The translations under genes and the position numbers were made by a program. From an uncultured Candidatus Saccharibacteria bacterium (lineage in GTDB: Bacteria; Patescibacteriota; Minisyncoccia; Phycocordibacterales; UBA9973): a stretch of DNA of 38,730 bases. Below the pieces are notes generated by a model. The model did no database searches. It worked only from the letters and a program-made list of their open reading frames with translations, and was not told the origin of the DNA. Location of the stretch: assembly GCA_964408725.1 (NCBI GenBank), contig CAYPAN010000002.1, positions 1 through 38,730 on the forward strand, in the 5' to 3' direction. Below are positions 32,831 through 38,730 of this stretch, piece by piece. Every line of letters begins with the position of its first letter. Position 1 is the stretch's first letter.

Positions 32831-34981
32831 TTATTTTCTCGCGGCAATAATAGTCTCGGCAACATTGTTAGGCACAATGTCGTAGCGTAAAAATTCCATA
32901 GTGAAAGACGCGCGGCCTTCGGTCATAGAGCGAAGCCCCGTCATGTACCCGAACATTTCGGAAAGAGGAACGATAGCGCGCAATACTTTATTCATTCCAC
33001 GGTCTTCCATTCCTTCTATCAGTCCACGCTTGGAAGAAAGGTTGCCTGTGACGTCTCCCATGAATTTCTCCGGAGTGACAACTTCAACTTTCATCATAGG
33101 TTCCAAAATTACCGGTTTCGCGCGTCTACAGGCATCCTGCACAGCCATAGAAGCTGCGATTTTGAAAGCCATTTCGTTTGAGTCAACTTCGTGATAACTA
33201 CCATCCCAAAGTTCGACCGAAACATTAACCATTTTAAATCCGGCCAATACTCCGCGGTCCAGCCCTTCTCTGAAACCCTTTTCACAGGGCGCGATATATT
33301 CCTGCGGAATTACGCCTCCCTTGATTGTGTTTATAAATTCAAATCCATTGGCTCTCTTTGTATTCTTAGGCAAATCTTCCAACTCTTCCTTGGACAACAC
33401 TGCCATGGGTTTAACGTTGATTTTGACATGACCATAGTTTCCGCGTCCGCCGGATTGTTTTATATATTTTCCTTCTGCTTCCGACGTACCGGTAATAGTC
33501 TCTCTGTAAGCTACTTGCGGTTTGCCGACATTGGCCTCCACGGTAAATTCTCTTTTCATACGGTCAACTATAATTTCAAGATGAAGCTCTCCCATTCCGG
33601 CGATAATCGTTTCCCCGGTTTCCTGGTCGGTGGAAACCCTGAAAGTAGGGTCTTCCTGGGCCAGGCGGTTCAAAGCCATACCCATTTTTTCCTGATCCGC
33701 TTTTGTCTTTGGCTCAATACGCAGCTGAATAACAGGTTCAGGGAAAATTATTCTATCTAATTCAATAGGGTGTTCTTCGTCGCAGATAGTATCAGACGTA
33801 ATGGTATCTTTCAGTCCGACGGCGGCCGCGATTTCTCCGGCAAAAACTTTTTTCATTTCTTCCCTGTCGTTGGCATGCATACGCAATATTCTGCCAATAC
33901 GTTCTTTGTTTCTGGTCCTGGGATTATAAATATAAGAACCGGCGGTTAGTGTGCCGGAATAAACTCTGAAGAAAATAAGTTGGCCGACAAACGGGTCGGT
34001 GGCGACTTTGAATGCGAGAGCGGAAAAAGGTTCATCGTCTGAAGCGTGCCTGACAATGGGCTCATCATTATTGTCCGGGTCCGTGCCTGTTATAGGAGGA
34101 ATATCAAGAGGTGAAGGTAGGTAATCCACCACGCCGTCAAGCACCAACTGCACTCCTTTATTTTTTAAAGCGGAACCGGCATAAACCGGGAAAATTTCAT
34201 TGGCTATGACTCCTTTTCTTAAAAGTTTTTTCAGTGTAGCCATATCAGGGATTTTTCCTTCCAAATATTCATTCAAGGTGATATCATCCTGCTCCACAAT
34301 TTTTTCAATCAATTCACTGTGATATTTCAGGGCTTCCGCTTTTAAATTTTCCGGAATTTCTTTTTCAATAACTTTATTTCCCATCTCTCCTTCAAAGTAA
34401 AATGCTTTCATGGTAAGCAAATCCACCACGCCTTCGTGTTTCTCTTCCAGTCCGACGGGAATCTGCATACGAACGGCATTCTTTGTAAGACGGTCCAAAA
34501 TTGTGGCATAAGAATGTTCAAAAGAGGCGCCAGTCCTGTCTAATTTATTGACAAAACAAATGCGTGGAACTTTAGCTTCATCGGCATAACGCCAGTTTGT
34601 CTCGGATTGTGGCTCTACTCCTGCAACTCCATCAAAAACAACAACCGCGCCGTCAAGCACGCGAAGGGAACGTTTCACTTCAACTGTAAAATCAATGTGC
34701 CCCGGAGTATCTATTATATTGAAACGGCATTTCTTGCTCTTATCTATACCTGCGTAAGTCGGCGTCCAAAAACAAGTGACTGCGGCAGAAGTTATGGTAA
34801 TGCCGCGTTCACGTTCTTGTTCCATCCAGTCAGTGGTAGTGTCGCCGTCGTGCACTTCCCCAATTTTGTGCGACACACCGGTATAAAAAAGCACACGCTC
34901 CGTGGTAGTCGTTTTGCCCGCATCTATATGCGCAATAATTCCAATATTCCTGACCTTTTCCAGTGGGTAATCTCTTTCCAT
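32831..34981 (-). CDS. fusA: Elongation factor G
   Basis: [21 protein letters not shown] and the full five-domain length (716 aa). Confidence 0.97.
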   Translation of the reverse strand: MERDYPLEKVRNIGIIAHIDAGKTTTTERVLFYTGVSHKIGEVHDGDTTTDWMEQERERGITITSAAVTCFWTPTYAGIDKSKKCRFNIIDTPGHIDFTVEVKRSLRVLDGAVVVFDGVAGVEPQSETNWRYADEAKVPRICFVNKLDRTGASFEHSYATILDRLTKNAVRMQIPVGLEEKHEGVVDLLTMKAFYFEGEMGNKVIEKEIPENLKAEALKYHSELIEKIVEQDDITLNEYLEGKIPDMATLKKLLRKGVIANEIFPVYAGSALKNKGVQLVLDGVVDYLPSPLDIPPITGTDPDNNDEPIVRHASDDEPFSALAFKVATDPFVGQLIFFRVYSGTLTAGSYIYNPRTRNKERIGRILRMHANDREEMKKVFAGEIAAAVGLKDTITSDTICDEEHPIELDRIIFPEPVIQLRIEPKTKADQEKMGMALNRLAQEDPTFRVSTDQETGETIIAGMGELHLEIIVDRMKREFTVEANVGKPQVAYRETITGTSEAEGKYIKQSGGRGNYGHVKINVKPMAVLSKEELEDLPKNTKRANGFEFINTIKGGVIPQEYIAPCEKGFREGLDRGVLAGFKMVNVSVELWDGSYHEVDSNEMAFKIAASMAVQDACRRAKPVILEPMMKVEVVTPEKFMGDVTGNLSSKRGLIEGMEDRGMNKVLRAIVPLSEMFGYMTGLRSMTEGRASFTMEFLRYDIVPNNVAETIIAARK

Positions 34982-34990
34982 ATATTTCTA

Positions 34991-35461
34991 TTACCAGGCA
35001 AAATGGGCAAAAGCTTTGTTTGCTTCAGCCATCTTATGAGTATCTTCTTTCTTTTTAATAGCCGAACCTTCGTTTTTTGAAGCGGCAATTAATTCATCAG
35101 CGAGTTTTAAATGCATTGGGCGTCCTTTACTTTTGCGGGCGGCATCGCGAATCCAGCGCATAGCGAGCGCAAGTCTTCGTTCAGGTCGGACTTCTCTTGG
35201 CACCTGATAATTCGCTCCTCCGATACGCTTTGAACGCACTTCGGTGAGAGGCCCGGCGTTTTTCATCGCCAAGTCAAAAATCTCAAGCGGATTCGGGTTA
35301 CCTGTCTTTTCTTTAATAATATCAAAAGCTTTATACATTACTTTCCTGGCCGTTTCTTTTTTCCCGGACCACATAATGTAATTAATAAATTTCTCCAATT
35401 TTTGGGAATTGTAAATAAAATCGGGCTTGACTATGTTTCTGTTGTTTATTTTGCGTCGCAT
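34991..35461 (-). CDS. rpsG: 30S ribosomal protein S7
   Basis: Translation and str-operon position fit S7. Confidence 0.95.
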   Translation of the reverse strand: MRRKINNRNIVKPDFIYNSQKLEKFINYIMWSGKKETARKVMYKAFDIIKEKTGNPNPLEIFDLAMKNAGPLTEVRSKRIGGANYQVPREVRPERRLALAMRWIRDAARKSKGRPMHLKLADELIAASKNEGSAIKKKEDTHKMAEANKAFAHFAW

Positions 35462-35467
35462 AAATTT

Positions 35468-35890
35468 TTATTTCTTGGCTTCTTTCGGTCGCTTGTTTCC
35501 ATAGAGAGACCTGCCTTGTCTCCTCTTCTCAACTCCCTGGGTATCGAGCACTCCGCGCACGATGTGATATCTGACTCCGATTAAGTCTTTCACGCGTCCG
35601 CCACGAAGCATCACTACTGAGTGTTCCTGTAAATTGTGCCCTTCTCCCGGAATATAAGCTGTAACCTCCATACCGTTGGTCAAACGCACTCTGGCGATTT
35701 TTCGGAGAGCGGAGTTTGGTTTCTTGGGTGTAGTGGTTGAAACTTTGGTGCAAACGCCGCGTTTAAACGGAGCCGGGAAAAAAACCGGTCTGTTCTTTAG
35801 GACATTGAATCCTCGCGCTAAAGCCACTGTTTTTGATTTCGGGTGAGCTTTAACTCTATTTTTCTTGATTAATTGGTTGATTGTCGGCAT
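35468..35890 (-). CDS. rpsL: 30S ribosomal protein S12
   Basis: MPTINQLI ... [12 protein letters not shown] ... canonical S12. Confidence 0.97.
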   Translation of the reverse strand: MPTINQLIKKNRVKAHPKSKTVALARGFNVLKNRPVFFPAPFKRGVCTKVSTTTPKKPNSALRKIARVRLTNGMEVTAYIPGEGHNLQEHSVVMLRGGRVKDLIGVRYHIVRGVLDTQGVEKRRQGRSLYGNKRPKEAKK

Positions 35891-35936
35891 ATCTAAACAA
35901 AATAGCCCCCATAAGGACCATTAGAACTATTGCAAT

Positions 35937-35965
35937 AATATAATATAAACCGGTAAAAATTGCAA
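35937..35965 (-). promoter_or_regulatory. Candidate promoter of the str operon
   Basis: Minus strand reads TTGCAA (35965-35960), a 17-nt spacer, then TATATT (35942-35937). The leader to the rpsL ATG is about 46 nt. Confidence 0.45.
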
Positions 35966-35987
35966 ATATACGCTTTTTCGTAAAACG

Positions 35988-36599
35988 TCAAAGCGCAAGT
36001 CCGGTAATCAGGTGAAACAGAAAAGTCAGTATTGGGTACAGATAATCAGCGAAAAAAACTATGAAAATAACAATTAAAACAAGCTGATATTGTTCCAAGA
36101 AAGAGATGGTTCTATAAAGATAATTAGGCAGAAGCGAAAAAAGTATTTTGGAGCCGTCAAGCGGCGGTATGGGCACCAGATTGAAAATCGCCAACCCCAA
36201 ATTAACCAGAATAATTGAAGAAATTATAGAAACAAAATTGACTGAAACGGCGCTGTTTATGGAAAAACGCAAGATAAGTCCGAAGAAAACAGCAATAAAG
36301 AGATTGGCTAAAATTCCGGCTGAAGCGACAGCCACGGTTCCCCATTTTTTGTTGGTAAGATTATTCGGATTATACGGCACGGGTTTTGCCCAGCCGAATA
36401 AAAAAGGAGAATGAGTTAAAACTAAAAACGCCGGTAAAATTATAGAACCAAAAATATCCAGATGCTTAAGAGGATTAAGAGTCAGACGTCCGGCATAAAG
36501 GGCTGTTTTGTCGCCGAAACGGAGCGCGACAAAACCGTGAGACACTTCGTGAATCACCACGGACATTATAAGTATGACTATATAAAATATTGTATCCAT
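35988..36599 (-). CDS. Site-2 protease family (M50) membrane metalloprotease
   Basis: HEVSHG zinc motif in the first TM region, a multi-TM protein, and an LDG motif near the C-terminal part. Confidence 0.85.
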   Translation of the reverse strand: MDTIFYIVILIMSVVIHEVSHGFVALRFGDKTALYAGRLTLNPLKHLDIFGSIILPAFLVLTHSPFLFGWAKPVPYNPNNLTNKKWGTVAVASAGILANLFIAVFFGLILRFSINSAVSVNFVSIISSIILVNLGLAIFNLVPIPPLDGSKILFSLLPNYLYRTISFLEQYQLVLIVIFIVFFADYLYPILTFLFHLITGLAL

Positions 36600-36611
36600 A
36601 TAAATTAAAAG

Positions 36612-36640
36612 TTGCGAATGGGCCTCTTCTATGATAGCAT
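36612..36640 (+). promoter_or_regulatory. Candidate promoter for rpmB, with its -10 lying 9 nt from the ATG
   Basis: Plus strand reads TTGCGA (36612-36617), a 17-nt spacer ending in TGa, TAGCAT (36635-36640), then aaaaaaactATG. Confidence 0.5.
36631..36639 (-). promoter_or_regulatory. Extended -10 (TGcTATCAT) for the M50 protease gene, overlapping the rpmB -10 on the opposite strand
   Basis: The reverse complement of atgatagca (36631-36639) is TGCTATCAT, the same 9-mer as upstream of ftsH. Confidence 0.35.
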
Positions 36641-36649
36641 AAAAAAACT

Positions 36650-36901
36650 ATGGTAAAAGTATGCGCAATAACAAAAAAAGGTTCAATCATTGGAGGCGGA
36701 TACTCCAATAGAACCCGCGCCACCAAATTCAACCCGACCGGACAGGTGCGAAAATACCCAAATCTTCAGAAGAAGAAGATTTTTGTGCCCGAACTTAACA
36801 AATCCGTCAATATAGAAGTTTCCACCCGCGGTATGCGCACCATCAAAAAAAACGGCATCTACAAAACTCTCCTTAAGGCCGGACTAGTAAAAGCAAAATA
36901 A
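36650..36901 (+). CDS. rpmB: 50S ribosomal protein L28
   Basis: The translation (VCAITKKGSIIGGGYSNRTRATKFNPTGQVRKYPNLQKKK ... STRGMRTIKKNG) matches the L28 pattern. Confidence 0.88.
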   Translation: MVKVCAITKKGSIIGGGYSNRTRATKFNPTGQVRKYPNLQKKKIFVPELNKSVNIEVSTRGMRTIKKNGIYKTLLKAGLVKAK

Positions 36902-36910
36902 AAACTCTCA

Positions 36911-36935
36911 AAAAATCCCCTTATGGGGATTTTTT
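36911..36935. terminator. Bidirectional intrinsic terminator between rpmB and the bPH membrane protein gene
   Basis: aaaaatcccc-ttat-ggggattttt. The arms are the same as in the 7833-7858 terminator. Confidence 0.8.
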
Positions 36936-36941
36936 ATATTA

Positions 36942-38138
36942 TTATAATCCCATCATATTGCTTGAATTCTGAGGATTTATTTTATTCACAATACCATTTA
37001 ATATATTGTTCAGTTCTTCCGCTTTTTCTTTTGGCTGCCAAACGATAGATATACCAGACTCAACAACCGTACCCCTTCCACGAGAAGATTGAACCATTTG
37101 CTGTGCAGCATTTTGAATCACTACCGTCCCCAATCCAAGTATTCTGTCTAAAACAGACTGTTTATTTAAAATGTTCTGTATGGACTTATATGGCAAGTGG
37201 TTTTCTTGCCTACTGAAAACTCCAGTACGTAGTAATACATAATCAGGTAAAAATTCAAAATAGTAATTTTTTTTCCAAACAAACGTAACAACAATTTTTA
37301 TAAAAAATATCACCAAGAACAATAATAGAAGTAAGGGAAAAATCGCGTAATTTATATTAGATGAATCAACTATTATCCTTATAAAAAATATCGCTAAAAA
37401 AATCACAATAAAAATAGAAAAAAATATTGCTGAAATAAAAGAAGACCATACCCATTTTTTACTTATTGGATAAGTATCACTAGAAATTTTTTGATTAAAT
37501 TGTGCCACATTTGATTGTGGCTTCTGTGGAGTTGATGAAGAAACCTGAGGTTGATTAGAAACGTTACTTGCGCCGTGAATTTTTGCAAGAATTATATTTT
37601 TCAAATTTTCAGCAACTTCTGCGTTAACCCCGTCAATATGAGCTTCTATCCCAGATGTTACTGTTGCGCTGGCAATATGGACATCGTATAGACCCATCAT
37701 GCGATCAAGAATGTCTTGATCTACATAAACATCTTGAATTTTTTGATATTGAACATGAATCTCCGTTGGAGCAAAAACACCTTTTTTGATAGTAATAAAC
37801 TGGTCTCCACAATCGTAATAATACCTTTTAATGTAAGTTTTTACATAAAAAGGATATAAAAGTAAAAAAACAACAATTAAACCAAGTATTGCAATAGCAA
37901 TGGTTTGCAAACCTCCAATATCATTAAGATTAGAGGAGCTATTGTAATATGATATCAAGAAAAATACCGCCACTATTAAATAAACAAAAATAGCTCTGGA
38001 AAAAATCGCCCCAAATATTTTCTTCCAAAATTTCCTTGGACTTAATGGGTATTGCGCTTGAAAAATAGATGGCTGATTCATTCCTTTATATTCGTTTAAA
38101 CTAATAATGTTTTTATTATATGATTCACCTTTATACAA
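36942..38138 (-). CDS. Membrane protein with two (2-TM + bacterial PH domain) modules, YdbS/YdbT-like
   Basis: There are two repeats of a hydrophobic pair followed by a bPH-like segment (KGVFAPTEIHVQYQKIQDVYVDQDILDRMMGLYDV and TGVFSRQENHLPYKSIQNILNKQSVLDRILGLGTV). Confidence 0.7.
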   Translation of the reverse strand: MYKGESYNKNIISLNEYKGMNQPSIFQAQYPLSPRKFWKKIFGAIFSRAIFVYLIVAVFFLISYYNSSSNLNDIGGLQTIAIAILGLIVVFLLLYPFYVKTYIKRYYYDCGDQFITIKKGVFAPTEIHVQYQKIQDVYVDQDILDRMMGLYDVHIASATVTSGIEAHIDGVNAEVAENLKNIILAKIHGASNVSNQPQVSSSTPQKPQSNVAQFNQKISSDTYPISKKWVWSSFISAIFFSIFIVIFLAIFFIRIIVDSSNINYAIFPLLLLLFLVIFFIKIVVTFVWKKNYYFEFLPDYVLLRTGVFSRQENHLPYKSIQNILNKQSVLDRILGLGTVVIQNAAQQMVQSSRGRGTVVESGISIVWQPKEKAEELNNILNGIVNKINPQNSSNMMGL

Positions 38139-38150
38139 AGCAAGTTGTAT

Positions 38151-38730
38151 CTATACAAACGTCAATGCAATTCCCTTTTTGCCGGAACGGCCGGTGCGGC
38201 CGATGCGGTGCACGTAGGTATCATAGGTTTGGGGAACATCATAGTTGATGACATGGGTGACATCCGGAATATCCAATCCGCGGGCGGCGACATCCGTGGC
38301 TATCAATATATTGATATGGTCTTTCTTGAATAAATCCAAGGTGCGAATGCGTTCCCGGCTTCTCTTATCGCCATGAATACAACCCACCTTAAACCCCAAA
38401 CGGGTCAGGTCTTTAGTAAGAGCATCCACACTGTGTTTCATTTCTCTAAAAATTAAAACTTTGTTTGAACCTTCCCTCTTTAAAACTTCATAAAGTTTAT
38501 CAAGTTTTTCCTCTTTGCTTCTGGTACGGATAATGTCTTGGTCTATATTTTTTGCCGTCTCGCCGGAAATCACAGAAATAAATACAGGGTCTTTTAAAAA
38601 TTCTGTGGTTAATTTTTTAACTTCCGGAGAAAGCGTGGCCGAGAAGAAAAGAGTCTGGCGTTTTTCTTTTGGAACTTTTCCTAGAATAAAAACCATATCA
38701 TCCCGGAATCCCATATCCAGCATTCTGTCC
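38151..38730 (-). CDS. DEAD-box RNA helicase, C-terminal part only (5' end beyond the window)
   Basis: SAT motif (FFSAT), RGLDIP and HRIGRTGRSG motifs. The frame is open to the window edge. Confidence 0.9.
   Translation of the reverse strand, partial: DRMLDMGFRDDMVFILGKVPKEKRQTLFFSATLSPEVKKLTTEFLKDPVFISVISGETAKNIDQDIIRTRSKEEKLDKLYEVLKREGSNKVLIFREMKHSVDALTKDLTRLGFKVGCIHGDKRSRERIRTLDLFKKDHINILIATDVAARGLDIPDVTHVINYDVPQTYDTYVHRIGRTGRSGKKGIALTFV

Noticed and set aside
1-38730. I scanned for CRISPR arrays, IS elements or transposases, integrases, prophage genes and rRNA genes.
   Set aside because: I saw no spaced direct-repeat arrays and no ORF with transposase, integrase or phage hallmarks. The only repeated hairpins are terminators (7833-7858 and 36911-36935 share arms). 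Every long ORF is accounted for by housekeeping or hypothetical genes.

Overview
This is a visibly AT-rich bacterial chromosomal segment that is almost entirely housekeeping. Gene content and order look like a Candidate Phyla Radiation/Patescibacteria (Parcubacteria-like) genome. That placement is an inference from the missing rpmD (L30), archaeal-type UMP and CMP kinases, short or extended ribosomal proteins, and weak Shine-Dalgarno usage.

The core of the window (16.9-35.9 kb, minus strand) is the str-S10-spc ribosomal super-operon, running rpsL-rpsG-fusA ... tuf-rpsJ ... rplO-secY. A pyrC-pyrD-pyrE-pyrF cluster plus an orphan receiver-domain gene sits between fusA and tuf. The operon is subdivided by near-consensus internal promoters, and in one case by an intrinsic terminator.

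The rest of the window contains:
- recG (5' partial), tRNA-Ile(UAU), ftsH, and tmRNA next to smpB
- a frameshifted phosphohexomutase, then infC-rpmI-rplT
- a 3-gene operon (4-TM protein, beta-CASP MBL nuclease, SLOG/LOG-like protein), preceded by a self-contained promoter / long-helix RNA / terminator unit that I could not assign to a known RNA family
- ndk, a small coiled-coil ORF, and a 919-aa soluble coupling-protein-like P-loop ATPase
- map, an archaeal-type pyrH, adk and an archaeal-type cmk
- an M50 protease, rpmB, a duplicated bPH-domain membrane protein, and a DEAD-box helicase (5' partial)

No CRISPR array, transposase, integrase or rRNA was seen.

The points most worth a second look are:
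- the unclassified structured RNA at about 10.28-10.47 kb and its downstream cassette
- the large ATPase with a roughly 500-aa uncharacterised N-terminal region
- a recurrent extended -10 (TGnTAnnnT) lying 6-9 nt from start codons, which suggests leaderless mRNAs
- the unusual partitioning of the ribosomal operon
- tRNA-Ile with a genomically encoded UAU anticodon

All family calls come from reading the translations and motifs by eye. No database search was run.
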